A stretch of DNA of 48,131 nucleotides from an uncultured Acinetobacter sp. (GTDB lineage Bacteria; Pseudomonadota; Gammaproteobacteria; Pseudomonadales; Moraxellaceae): the NCBI GenBank assembly GCA_947627655.1, contig CANQWW010000001.1, positions 1 through 48,131 of the forward strand. The letters are read 5' to 3'. The notes under the pieces are model-generated. The model made no database searches, was not told where the DNA came from, and saw only the letters and a program-made list of their open reading frames with translations. A program made the position numbers and the translations under genes. Positions 38,501 through 48,117 of the stretch are shown in pieces (the first letter of the stretch is position 1; the number at the start of each line of letters is the position of its first letter).

Positions 38501-39886
38501 TCAAGACAACATTAAACGAGAAAATTGTTTCGGTAATTCAGTTGGCCACTGCAGCTGATTGGCTTGCTGAGACAGAATGCCCTGCTGTTGCAGCCAGTGA
38601 TCAAACTCGGGGGCAGGTTTTAGTCCTAATAACTGACGGATATATAAGGCATCGTGGAAAGAGGTGGTCTGATAGTTCAGCATCACATCATCCGAACCTG
38701 GAATCCCCATAATGAAATTCAGCCCGGCATTGGCGAGTAAAGTGAGTAACACATCCATATCATCCTGATCGACATCAGCATGGTTGGTATAGCAGATGTC
38801 ACAGCCCATCGGCACGCCCAGCAGCTTGCCGCAGAAATGATCCTCCAGTCCCGCGCGGATAATCTGCTTGCCGTTATACAGATATTCCGGGCCAATAAAC
38901 CCGACCACGGTATTGACCAGTAGCGGATTAAACTTGCGTGCCACGGCGTAGGCACGTGCTTCCAGGGTCTGCTGATCCACCCCATGATGACCATTACTGG
39001 ATAAGGCACTGCCCTGTCCGGTTTCAAAATACATCACGTTTTGACCGACTGTGCCGCGTTTTAAACTTAAGGTGGCCTCATAGCCTTCCTGTAACAGTTC
39101 CAGATTAATCCCAAAACCGGTATTGGCTTTTTCCGTTCCGGCAATGGACTGAAACATCAGGTCAATCGGGATATTTTTATTGGCCAGTTGAATGCCAGAC
39201 GTGATATGCGTTAGCACACAAGACTGGGTCGGAATCTTATATTCATGAATGACGTGATCCAGTAATTTCAATAATTCAGACAGGTTCTGCAGGTTATCCG
39301 TGGCTGGATTGATGCCAATGACCGCATCACCATTACCATACATCAAGCCATCCAGAATCGAAGCCGAAATGCCCATCAGATCATCGGTAGGGTGATTTGG
39401 CTGCAAGCGTGTCGACAGATGTCCTTCTAGCCCAATCGTGTTTCTAAACTGGGTCACCACCCGGCATTTCTTCGCCACCAGAATCAGGTCCTGATTACGC
39501 ATGATCTTGCTGACGGCTGCCACCATTTCCGGGATTAGCCCCATCTTTAAAGCTGTCAACTTTTCAGTGGTGGCATCTTCACTCAAGAGCCAGTTGCGGA
39601 AATCGCCTACTGTGAAGTGTGAGACAGGATAAAAGGCACTGGCATCGTGTTCATCCAGAATCAATCGGGTCACCTCATCTTCCTCATAAGGAATCAGTGC
39701 TTCATTCAGAAACTGTTTTAACGGCACCTCTGCCAGACACATTTGTGCAGCGACACGCTCAGTTGCATCAGTTGCTGCAATCCCTGCCAGCTGATCGCCA
39801 GAACGTTCAGGAGTAGCCTTGGCCATTAGCGTTTTTAAGTCCTTAAAAATATAGTGCTGATTGGCTACATTCATCTGATACAACAT
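38501..39886 (-). CDS. eutB: Ethanolamine ammonia-lyase large subunit
   Basis: RLQPNHPTDD, MYFETGQGSALS, NTVVGFIGPEY and CYTNH motifs. Confidence 0.97.
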   Translation of the reverse strand: MLYQMNVANQHYIFKDLKTLMAKATPERSGDQLAGIAATDATERVAAQMCLAEVPLKQFLNEALIPYEEDEVTRLILDEHDASAFYPVSHFTVGDFRNWLLSEDATTEKLTALKMGLIPEMVAAVSKIMRNQDLILVAKKCRVVTQFRNTIGLEGHLSTRLQPNHPTDDLMGISASILDGLMYGNGDAVIGINPATDNLQNLSELLKLLDHVIHEYKIPTQSCVLTHITSGIQLANKNIPIDLMFQSIAGTEKANTGFGINLELLQEGYEATLSLKRGTVGQNVMYFETGQGSALSSNGHHGVDQQTLEARAYAVARKFNPLLVNTVVGFIGPEYLYNGKQIIRAGLEDHFCGKLLGVPMGCDICYTNHADVDQDDMDVLLTLLANAGLNFIMGIPGSDDVMLNYQTTSFHDALYIRQLLGLKPAPEFDHWLQQQGILSQQANQLQWPTELPKQFSRLMLS

Positions 39887-39911
39887 AAGCGTTTGTTTCC
39901 TATACTTTTTT

Positions 39912-41354
39912 TTAGTTCAGTTCTTTTTCTGCTGCTTCAATACGGGCAAATTCTTCTTCCGGTGTACCTGCCACCAGATGATGACGGCTATACAACAGGA
40001 AGTAGAGAATCAGCACCACATAAATCGCAGCTGCCATTAACCAGACTTTTGGATCAACCAGGAAGCCAGCCACCACTGCAATTGCAGCTAAAACTAAAGC
40101 AATCGATGCTGTTACAATGCCACCTGGTGCTTTATACGGACGTGCCAGATTCGGACGAGATACTTTGAGTTTGATGTAAGACATCATCATCAATACATAG
40201 GAAATCGTCGCGCCAAAGACCGCCATCAGAATCAGCAGATCACCTTCACCGGAAAGTGATAATAAGAAGCCGATAATCCCCGGAATAATGATGGCCAGAT
40301 ACGGTGCATGATTAGTATTGGTTAGTGACAGTTTTTTCGGTAAATAACCGGCACGAGATAGCGCAAAGATTTGACGGGAATAGGCATAGATAATCGAGAA
40401 GAAACTTGCGATCAGACCTGCAAGCCCAACGAAATTTACAAAGCTCGCCATCCAGGTATTTGCTCCATATACTGCAACCAGAGCATCGACCAGCGGTGCG
40501 CCTGACTCTTTCATTGCATCTGCACCAGCAGCACCTGGGCCAAGAAGTAAAATGCTTAAGGCAAAGAATGCCAGAATCAACATAGAACCAATCAGGCCAC
40601 GCGGTAACGATTTTGCCGGCTCTTTGGCTTCTTCAGCTGCCAGTGGCACACCTTCAACCGCGAGGAAAAACCAGATTGCATAAGGTACGGCGGCCCAAAT
40701 GCCGAGATAACCCAATGGCAGGAAAGTGCTGGCACCAGCAACTTCAGTATTGACTGCAATATTGAACAGGTTTGCACTATTAAAATGCGGCAGCATCCCA
40801 AAGATGAACACCACCAGCGCTACAGCCGCAATTGCGGTAATAATAAACATGATCTTCAGCGCTTCACCCGCGCCTTTAAGATGCAGTCCCATAAACATCA
40901 GATAACTGACCAGATAAATGATCCAGCCGCCAATGCCAAACAAGGCCTCACAGTACGCCCCGATAAAACAGGCAATTGCTGCCGGTGCAATCGCATATTC
41001 GATCAAGATTGCACTGCCTGTCAGATAGCCACCAAAGGGACCAAAGGCGGTACGGGCAAAGCTGTAGCCACCACCCGCTGTCGGTAACATGGTGGACATT
41101 TCCGACATTGCCAGACACATGCATAAATACATGAATGCCACGACAATTGTGGCGATAAACATGCCACCCCAACCGGCCTGAGCCAGCCCAAAATTCCAGC
41201 CAGCAAAATCCCCGGAAATCACATAAGCCACGCCTAAACCGACGAGGAGTAACCAGCCTACGGCACCTTTTTTTAGTTGTCGCAGGGCAAAATAATCTTC
41301 TTGTCCTGTTGTTTCGGTAACACTGGTATCAATAACACTTTTTGACTCTGACAT
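39912..41354 (-). CDS. eat: Ethanolamine permease (APC family)
   Basis: GVAYVISGDFAGWNFGL and WFFLAVEG motifs; start placed at MSESK (GAGG RBS); upstream of eutBC. Confidence 0.93.
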   Translation of the reverse strand: MSESKSVIDTSVTETTGQEDYFALRQLKKGAVGWLLLVGLGVAYVISGDFAGWNFGLAQAGWGGMFIATIVVAFMYLCMCLAMSEMSTMLPTAGGGYSFARTAFGPFGGYLTGSAILIEYAIAPAAIACFIGAYCEALFGIGGWIIYLVSYLMFMGLHLKGAGEALKIMFIITAIAAVALVVFIFGMLPHFNSANLFNIAVNTEVAGASTFLPLGYLGIWAAVPYAIWFFLAVEGVPLAAEEAKEPAKSLPRGLIGSMLILAFFALSILLLGPGAAGADAMKESGAPLVDALVAVYGANTWMASFVNFVGLAGLIASFFSIIYAYSRQIFALSRAGYLPKKLSLTNTNHAPYLAIIIPGIIGFLLSLSGEGDLLILMAVFGATISYVLMMMSYIKLKVSRPNLARPYKAPGGIVTASIALVLAAIAVVAGFLVDPKVWLMAAAIYVVLILYFLLYSRHHLVAGTPEEEFARIEAAEKELN

Positions 41355-41392
41355 AAAAACCTCTTTGTTTTTATCTTCTTTCCCTGAAGATA

Positions 41393-41408
41393 TGCATAAG
41401 CCGTACCA
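41393..41408 (-). promoter_or_regulatory. Putative sigma-54 (-24/-12) promoter of eat-eutBC
   Basis: Minus strand TGGTAC-GGCTT-ATGCA has GG-N10-GC spacing and matches TGGCAC-N5-TTGCW; about 40 nt upstream of the eat start. Confidence 0.65.
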
Positions 41409-41505
41409 GTTCATTCCTTGTTCAGGAAAGGCAAACTGAATCGCTGCCCTATCGGAACGAAATGCGCTATAATTATCCACCTTCTGTTTTATACACCCGA
41501 GTTAT

Positions 41506-41928
41506 ATGGCGTATCGTCAACAAAGTGTATCGCTTGATCTTGACACCGACGTCACACATCAATGTGCTTTACACTACACCCGTGATCAGCATCTGATTGG
41601 AATTATTGAATTCAGCAAGCCAGGCTATCTGTTGCGCTGGCAGGATTTAGAGTATTTCCGTCGTCGCACGGAAGAAATGTCGGTGATGCCGTTTCCAGAC
41701 TGTATCAATGCCATGATCATTGATGTACGAAATGTGACTGCATGGCTCGACAATGACGTGCCGATTATTCCGTGGCGTCTTCTGGAAGAAGAATGTCCGG
41801 TACGTTTAGTCGTGCCTGCTGAACGTATCGAACATTATGCCGGTTTCTTTGAGCCGACTTGGCTGACCACGGATGTCGACACTGCGATTCAGGAAATCCG
41901 TGAATTTATTGATATGTTTGTACACTAA
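41506..41928 (+). CDS. Hypothetical protein
   Basis: 140-aa ORF with normal composition, preceded by TATAAT and followed by a terminator. Confidence 0.8.
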   Translation: MAYRQQSVSLDLDTDVTHQCALHYTRDQHLIGIIEFSKPGYLLRWQDLEYFRRRTEEMSVMPFPDCINAMIIDVRNVTAWLDNDVPIIPWRLLEEECPVRLVVPAERIEHYAGFFEPTWLTTDVDTAIQEIREFIDMFVH

Positions 41929-41953
41929 ATTTGACCGCATATAGCTAAAACCT

Positions 41954-41980
41954 AAAAGCCTCCTTTCCGGAGGTTTTTTT
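41954..41980 (+). terminator. Intrinsic terminator
   Basis: AAAAGCCTCC-TTTCC-GGAGGTTTTTTT. Confidence 0.8.
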
Positions 41981-42239
41981 ATACGCCTGCTTTTTTACGT
42001 GCCCTTGTCCGCTCCCCTTGCCCTTGCTCAAGCGCAAGTCACCAGATTCCTGGATCATTTTGCTGTTCGGTTTTAGTAACATTTCAGTAATAAACTCAGC
42101 TTGAGTCAAAGGAGATTTATCCCCTAAGATGAATATAAACGAGTACTTAGACTCTATAGCAATAATCACGATATAGTCTTCGCACAGTGTGAAACTGGCT
42201 CATACATAATAAGTAAAGAATGAAAAATGGAGTTTTATA

Positions 42240-43172
42240 ATGAAATCAAAATCTCAATTGACCACCCTGCTATGTGTCAGTGCCTTAAGCTTAGGGCTGA
42301 GTGCATGTAATAATAACCAGGCACCGAAGGATCAGCAAGACAGCCCGAACAGCGCCGGCACCCTGAATAAAATCAAACAATCCGGCACGATTGTCTTGGG
42401 TTATCGTGATTCCTCGATTCCGTTTTCTTATATTGCCGACAATCCGAATCAGCCAGTCGGCTATGCCCATGACCTGCAACTTAAAGTGGTTGAAGCTGTC
42501 AAACAAAAACTGAATCTTCCTGATTTAAAGATCCGTTATAACCTGGTGACCAGCCAGAACCGGATTCCCTTAGTTTCCAATGGTACAGTTGACCTAGAAT
42601 GTGGCTCCACCACCAATAACAAAGAACGTCAGCAACAGGTTGATTTCTCGGTCGGCTTCTTTGAAGTCGGTTCGCGCTTATTGACTGCGACCAATTCCGG
42701 TATTAACGACTTTAGCGATCTGAAAGGTAAAAAACTCGTGACTACTGCTGGCACCACCTCGGAGCGTTATATTCGTCAGCATGAAAAAGAGTTGGGCATT
42801 GGCGAAATTATTTCTGCCAAAGACCATGCAGAGTCCTTTTTAATGTTGCAAGGTGGCCGTGCCGCCGCCTTCATGATGGATGACATTCTGCTGGCTGGAG
42901 AAAGGTCCAAAGCTAAAAACCCGGAACAATGGCACATTGTCGGCACAGCACCAATCAATGAAATTTATGGCTGTATGATCCGTAAAGGTGATAGCGAATT
43001 TAAGCAGGTAGTGGATGATGCGATTAAAGCCACTTATAGCTCAGGTGAAATTAACAACATGTACCAGAAGTGGTTCCAATCCCCTATTCCACCGAAAAAT
43101 ATCAACCTGAACTTTACCATGTCGGATGACCTGAAAGCTCTGATCAGCAACCCGCATGACCGTGACCAATAA
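42240..43172 (+). CDS. gltI: Glutamate/aspartate ABC transporter substrate-binding lipoprotein
   Basis: Lipobox LSAC; GltI motifs RDSSIPFSY, SQNRIPL, DLECGSTTNN and MMDDILL. Confidence 0.9.
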   Translation: MKSKSQLTTLLCVSALSLGLSACNNNQAPKDQQDSPNSAGTLNKIKQSGTIVLGYRDSSIPFSYIADNPNQPVGYAHDLQLKVVEAVKQKLNLPDLKIRYNLVTSQNRIPLVSNGTVDLECGSTTNNKERQQQVDFSVGFFEVGSRLLTATNSGINDFSDLKGKKLVTTAGTTSERYIRQHEKELGIGEIISAKDHAESFLMLQGGRAAAFMMDDILLAGERSKAKNPEQWHIVGTAPINEIYGCMIRKGDSEFKQVVDDAIKATYSSGEINNMYQKWFQSPIPPKNINLNFTMSDDLKALISNPHDRDQ

Positions 43173-43188
43173 GCACTAAACCTTATCC

Positions 43189-43219
43189 ATCTGCTTAAGC
43201 CTGACCTGTTTAAGCAGAT
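43189..43219 (+). other. Intercistronic stem-loop after the binding-protein gene (probable mRNA stabiliser or partial terminator)
   Basis: ATCTGCTTAAGC-N7-GTTTAAGCAGAT. Confidence 0.55.
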
Positions 43220-43231
43220 TTGGGAGTGATG

Positions 43232-43975
43232 ATGAATTACAGCTGGAATTGGGGTATCTTGTTACAACCGACCGGGATTGGTGATAGCACCTATCTCAAC
43301 TGGATTATGACCGGTATCGGCTGGTTAGTCGTGATTGCGCTTGTCGCCTGGTCGATTGCCATGCTGCTGGGCAGTCTGCTAGGCATCATGCGGACCTTAC
43401 CCAGCCCAACGGCCCGAGCGATTGGGACTACCTATGTCACCATTTTCCGAAATGTGCCTTTACTGATCCAGTTATTTATCTGGTTCTATGTGGTGCCGAA
43501 CTTTTTGCCCGCCAGTATTCACAGCTGGTGGATCAATGATCTGGGGGCGAATACCACGGCGCTGATTTCAGCCAGTATTGGTTTGGGACTGTTTACCGCA
43601 GCGCGAGTTTGTGAGCAGGTACGTACCGGGATTGAAGCTATTCCACCCGGGCAAATCAATGCCGGCTATGCCATGGGCTTTAGCACCGCACAGCTCTATC
43701 GTTACGTGATTCTGCCACAATCATTTCGCATGATCTTACCGCCCTTAAGTTCTGAGCTGACCAACTGTGTCAAGAATACCTCGGTGGCCTCTTTGGTGGG
43801 AGTCGCGGAAATTATTTCCCAGATGAAAACCATCAGCGAATATACGCAAAACACTATTGAGATTTATACCTACGTTACGCTGATTTTTATTTTGATCAAT
43901 GTCTGCCTGATTGGCTTGATGAACTTTCTGGAAAGACGCTTCCAGGTGCTTGGTCTGATTGCGGGGACAAAATAA
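43232..43975 (+). CDS. gltJ: Glutamate/aspartate ABC transporter permease
   Basis: MNYSWNWG, FRNVPLLIQLF, EAA-loop region CEQVRTGI. Confidence 0.88.
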   Translation: MNYSWNWGILLQPTGIGDSTYLNWIMTGIGWLVVIALVAWSIAMLLGSLLGIMRTLPSPTARAIGTTYVTIFRNVPLLIQLFIWFYVVPNFLPASIHSWWINDLGANTTALISASIGLGLFTAARVCEQVRTGIEAIPPGQINAGYAMGFSTAQLYRYVILPQSFRMILPPLSSELTNCVKNTSVASLVGVAEIISQMKTISEYTQNTIEIYTYVTLIFILINVCLIGLMNFLERRFQVLGLIAGTK

Positions 43976-44658
43976 TGGAATGGTTCACTGCTTTTATTCA
44001 GGATTTACAACTATCGGCTCCGGCACTATGGCACGGTTTAACCATTACCTTAAAAGTCTTATGTTTTGCCACCATAGGCGGCGTATTGATTGGCACCGTA
44101 CTCGCATTAATGCGCCTGTCTTCTATCAGGGCGTTGAACTGGATCGCCAAGGGCTATGTGAATCTGTTTCGCTCGATTCCCCTGCTGCTGGTGCTCATGT
44201 GGTTCTACTTCGCAGTACCTTTTATCTATACTGGAGTCACAGGTAAATATCTCATGATGGACACGGCATTGGTGTCCAGTATTGTGGCCTTTATGCTGTT
44301 TGAGGCGGCTTATTTCTCTGAAATTGTCCGTGCCGGCATCCAGTCGATTTCCAAAGGGCAAACGGATGCTGCCTACGCCTTGGGTATGAATTACGGTCAG
44401 TCCATGCGTTTGATTATACTACCGCAGGCTTTCCGCAAGATGACCCCGCTGTTATTACAACAGACCATTATTTTATTTCAGGACTCCACCATGGTCTATG
44501 CAATTGGCCTGCTGGACTTTTTCCGGACCAATTATGTACGGGGCGACCTGATGTCTTTACTGACCCAATATATTCTGTTTGCCGGTCTGGTCTATTTCAC
44601 CATTAGTCTGATCGCCACCTATATCGTGAAAAAATTACAGCAGAGGTTAAGTGTATGA
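43975..44658 (+). CDS. gltK: Glutamate/aspartate ABC transporter permease
   Basis: FRSIPLL, EAAYFSEIVRAGIQS and PQAFRKMTP motifs. Confidence 0.88.
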   Translation: MEWFTAFIQDLQLSAPALWHGLTITLKVLCFATIGGVLIGTVLALMRLSSIRALNWIAKGYVNLFRSIPLLLVLMWFYFAVPFIYTGVTGKYLMMDTALVSSIVAFMLFEAAYFSEIVRAGIQSISKGQTDAAYALGMNYGQSMRLIILPQAFRKMTPLLLQQTIILFQDSTMVYAIGLLDFFRTNYVRGDLMSLLTQYILFAGLVYFTISLIATYIVKKLQQRLSV

Positions 44659-45398
44659 GTGAAGGAAAAATCATGATTGACCTCCAGCATGTCAGTAAGT
44701 GGTACAAGGATTTTCAGGTATTGACCGACTGCACCACGCAGATTTGCCAAGGTGAAGTCGTGGTGGTTTGTGGTCCTTCGGGTTCAGGAAAATCCACCCT
44801 GATTAAAACCGTCAATGGTCTGGAACCTGTGCAGCAAGGCAGTATTCTGGTAGATGGCGTTAAGATTATTGACCCGAAAACCAACCTAAATAAATTGCGT
44901 AGCCGTGTCGGCATGGTATTTCAGCATTTTGAATTGTTCCCGCATCTCAATATTACCGAAAACCTGACCATTGCCCAGACCAAAGTATTGGGCCGTTCTG
45001 AAGCCGAAGCCAAACAAAAAGGACTTGCCTATCTGGATCGTGTCGGCTTAAGTGCACAGGCCAATAAATTCCCGGCACAACTTTCTGGCGGACAACAGCA
45101 GCGCGTGGCGATTGCCCGGGCGCTAAGCATGGACCCGATTGCCATGTTGTTTGATGAACCCACTTCCGCGCTTGATCCGGAAATGATTAATGAAGTGCTG
45201 GATGTCATGGTCGGACTGGCCAAAGAAGGCATGACCATGATGTGTGTGAGTCATGAAATGGGCTTCGCCCGTCAGGTGGCCGACCGGGTGATCTTTATGG
45301 ATCAGGGAAAAATTGTAGAAGACTGCAGCAAAGACGATTTCTTCAATACCCCGCGTGGTGAACGTGCCCAGCAATTCTTAAACAAGATTCTGCACTAA
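44655..45398 (+). CDS. gltL: Polar amino acid ABC transporter ATP-binding protein
   Basis: Walker A GPSGSGKST, signature LSGGQQQR, FDEPTSALDPE. Confidence 0.9.
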   Translation: MSEGKIMIDLQHVSKWYKDFQVLTDCTTQICQGEVVVVCGPSGSGKSTLIKTVNGLEPVQQGSILVDGVKIIDPKTNLNKLRSRVGMVFQHFELFPHLNITENLTIAQTKVLGRSEAEAKQKGLAYLDRVGLSAQANKFPAQLSGGQQQRVAIARALSMDPIAMLFDEPTSALDPEMINEVLDVMVGLAKEGMTMMCVSHEMGFARQVADRVIFMDQGKIVEDCSKDDFFNTPRGERAQQFLNKILH

Positions 45399-45429
45399 GT
45401 TTTCGTTACGCACATTTTATTATGCACAT

Positions 45430-45458
45430 AAAAAAGCTCATCTTAGGATGAGCTTTTT
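45430..45458. terminator. Bidirectional terminator between gltL and fpr
   Basis: AAAAAAGCTCATC-TTAG-GATGAGCTTTTT. Confidence 0.88.
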
Positions 45459-45477
45459 AGAATAAGCTATTCAGGAC

Positions 45478-46239
45478 TTACCAGTAATTCTCAACTGCAA
45501 TATTGCCTTCACCACGGCGGTTCATGGTCAGGCCACGGGCTTTGAGCGCTTCTTTGGTATCTTCAACCATTTCCGGGTTTCCACACAGCATGACATGGCT
45601 GGTTTCCGGATTCAGTTGCATACTAGCGGCTTTTTCCAGTTCCCCATTAGCAATCAGTACGGGTAAACGCTGGTTGAGTTCTGCATTCGGGTCACGGGTA
45701 ATAATCGGAATAAACTTAAAGCCGCCATGCCCTTCACCAAAAACTTCAGCAATCTCCTGGATCCGATCGACATAAGCCAGTTCATCTTTGCTACGCACGC
45801 TATAGACCAGGTGAATATTTTTATAATTATTCCAGGTTTCAAAATCCTGCAGCATGGATAAGAATGGCGCCAAGCCCGTTCCTGTTCCCAAGAGCCATAA
45901 ATCTTGTGGCAAGGGCAACTGATAACGTGCCAAGGTCAGGTAGCCATAAGGAATTTTCTCCAGATAAAGTTCATCACCTATTTTAAGATGCTGTAAATTC
46001 GAAGTAAATTTACCTTCTGGGACTACAATCGAGAAAAACTCCAGGGTTTCATCAAAAGGAGAAGACACCACTGAATAGGCCCGAACCACCAGTTCATCAC
46101 CAACTTTCAGCCCGATACGGGCAAACTGACCGGCAGTAAACTTGAAATGCGCGGGTCTGGTCATGGTGAAACTAAACAGCGTATTGGTCCAACGGTGTAC
46201 AGATAAAACCTTTTCTAAGCTAAATTTTTCAATAGACAT
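45478..46239 (-). CDS. fpr: Ferredoxin--NADP+ reductase
   Basis: RAYS FAD motif, GTGLAPF, MLCGNPEM, C-terminal ENYW. Confidence 0.95.
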   Translation of the reverse strand: MSIEKFSLEKVLSVHRWTNTLFSFTMTRPAHFKFTAGQFARIGLKVGDELVVRAYSVVSSPFDETLEFFSIVVPEGKFTSNLQHLKIGDELYLEKIPYGYLTLARYQLPLPQDLWLLGTGTGLAPFLSMLQDFETWNNYKNIHLVYSVRSKDELAYVDRIQEIAEVFGEGHGGFKFIPIITRDPNAELNQRLPVLIANGELEKAASMQLNPETSHVMLCGNPEMVEDTKEALKARGLTMNRRGEGNIAVENYW

Positions 46240-46324
46240 GATTCAAACGTGGCATCAAAGACTATGCTCATGGTAGCATGACAGCATAATTTATTAATAT
46301 TTTTTAAATGTTAAGGCTCTATTC

Positions 46325-47203
46325 ATGCGCATGACTCTACGCCAGTTGGCTGTTTTTGTAGCAGTTGCTCAAGAAGGCACCGTCACCAAAGCCAGTGATG
46401 CAGTTAAACTCACCCAAAGTGCGGCGAGTATGGCTTTAGCAGATTTAGAAGATGGTCTGGGTGCGCCTTTATTCGACCGTCTTGGAAAGCGATTGCAGCT
46501 CAATGACTTAGGTCGTTTCCTTCTCCCTCAAGCCCTTGAAATTCTGGGTCGCTGTGAAGCTTTTGAACAGGCGGCCAAAGGTGAGTTGCAAAGTATTGAT
46601 CTGCGTATCGGTGCAACTCTGACCATTTCGGATTATTTAATGCCGGACCTGATGGCAGACTTCTTGAAAATCCAGCCTCAGGCCCATTTGCAGCTGCAAG
46701 TTGGTAATACACGCCAGATGATTGAAGCCGTAAATCAGTTCCAGCTCGATCTGGCACTGATCGAAGGCTCATGTCATCTACCACAACTACAGTGCATTCA
46801 CTGGCGTGATGATGAACTCGCCGTATGCTGTGCACCGGATCATCCTTTAGCCCAGTTGGGTCGTGCGCTGACTGCTGAAGACTTTAAAGAAGTAGACTGG
46901 ATTTTACGAGAAGAAGGTTCAGGTACCCGTGAAGTCTTTGATAATGCAATTTTGAAAGATTTACCCGATGCCAACATCCGTCTGACCTTGGGTCATAACG
47001 AAGCTATTTTAAAAATTGTCGCTGGTGGTTTGGGCATGTCCTGCATTTCCAAACTGGCCATCGAACCTTTACGTGAAAAAGGTCAATTGGTGATTCTGGA
47101 AACACCGTTCTGGTCCCTGACGCGTCCACTATTCATGTTGGTACATCGTCAGAAGTACCAAGGGCCTGGACTCAAAGCCTTTATGAAATTCTGCGAAGCT
47201 TAA
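46325..47203 (+). CDS. gigC: LysR-family regulator divergent from fpr (FinR/GigC-like)
   Basis: LysR HTH (TQSAASMAL), REEGSGTR CysL-like substrate-binding domain; divergent from fpr, as known for FinR. The symbol is assigned from recalled similarity and synteny. Confidence 0.75.
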   Translation: MRMTLRQLAVFVAVAQEGTVTKASDAVKLTQSAASMALADLEDGLGAPLFDRLGKRLQLNDLGRFLLPQALEILGRCEAFEQAAKGELQSIDLRIGATLTISDYLMPDLMADFLKIQPQAHLQLQVGNTRQMIEAVNQFQLDLALIEGSCHLPQLQCIHWRDDELAVCCAPDHPLAQLGRALTAEDFKEVDWILREEGSGTREVFDNAILKDLPDANIRLTLGHNEAILKIVAGGLGMSCISKLAIEPLREKGQLVILETPFWSLTRPLFMLVHRQKYQGPGLKAFMKFCEA

Positions 47204-47219
47204 TCAACTTGCAAATATG

Positions 47220-47241
47220 AAAGCGCCTTAGGGCGCTTTTT
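47220..47241. terminator. Terminator between the convergent LysR and cold-shock genes
   Basis: AAAGCGCC-TTAG-GGCGCTTTTT. Confidence 0.8.
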
Positions 47242-47249
47242 ATATGCGC

Positions 47250-47822
47250 TTAGAATTGGCTTTCACAAGGAATACCATCCCCATCACCATCCATTTTCGT
47301 ATTTGGGCAGTTTCTTAGAAAGAATAATGCTTCTTCATATGAACCCATTTGACTACAATGCTGGCGTCCATCACAGCTAAAATTCTGCTGTACTTGTGGT
47401 TCTTTAACCATATGCTGCACTTCTACCGACTGTATTCTGTTGCTTTGCCAAGCCTGATATTTGTTATAGACCACATAGGCTAAGCCAATCATAATCAGAA
47501 GCCCAATATAAGTGCTAAAGCGACTTGTCTTCTCTTGAGATTGTTCTCGTTGAGTAGCACGAGGCTTATTTTCTAATGCGCGTGACTGCGGTGTATGTCG
47601 AGGAGTTTCCGTTTTAAGCTCCAAACGTACAATATTGTCTGCTTTAAACTTGCCACTTTCTTCTACTTTACGAAACTTAAGCTTCTCCCCCACTTTAGGC
47701 AGTATATTTTTGTTTGGAAAATCTTGAATATGAAAAAATAAATCTTTAGATTCCCCTTCAATTGCAATAAAACCAAAACCACGCGCTTCGTTATAGGTTT
47801 TGACCTTTCCCTCTAAAAACAT
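47250..47822 (-). CDS. Cold-shock domain / TM / Excalibur calcium-binding domain protein
   Basis: RNP-like RGFGFI and LFFH, a central TM helix, and C-terminal C...C...C...DGDGDGIPCE. Confidence 0.88.
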   Translation of the reverse strand: MFLEGKVKTYNEARGFGFIAIEGESKDLFFHIQDFPNKNILPKVGEKLKFRKVEESGKFKADNIVRLELKTETPRHTPQSRALENKPRATQREQSQEKTSRFSTYIGLLIMIGLAYVVYNKYQAWQSNRIQSVEVQHMVKEPQVQQNFSCDGRQHCSQMGSYEEALFFLRNCPNTKMDGDGDGIPCESQF

Positions 47823-48007
47823 AATTCACTCTATTATTTGATATTTTTTCTTATTGTAATAAAAAAGAGGTAGCACAACATTACTATCCCACAATTTTAA
47901 CTAAACTTGTATAAAGCAATAAAAGATTGATTTAACTATATGAAATTTATTCACATTGATAGTTAAATATTACACAGCCTCATATTCTGTTTAAAAGTTT
48001 CAATGAA

Positions 48008-48117
48008 TTTGTGTAGGCAAAACCCTACTTTGGAAAGACCCAAAGTAGGCAAAGGTCTCTTATTACCCATACACGACGTCCTGTCGTGATGGGTAATGTG
48101 TGGCATCCCTGCCACAC
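48008..48117 (+). repeat. Structured intergenic element, copy 2
   Basis: Hairpins at 48024-48049, 48062-48097 (bulged A) and 48098-48117; same fold as 28624-28731. Confidence 0.8.

Noticed and set aside
41355-41480. N-terminal extension of eat in the 522-aa track ORF
   Set aside because: The extension overlaps the putative sigma-54 promoter, and a better start with an RBS lies at 41354.
41945-42169. 74-aa minus-strand ORF in the spacer before gltI
   Set aside because: It has a non-ATG start, runs through a terminator and the probable gltI promoter, and shows no recognisable motif.
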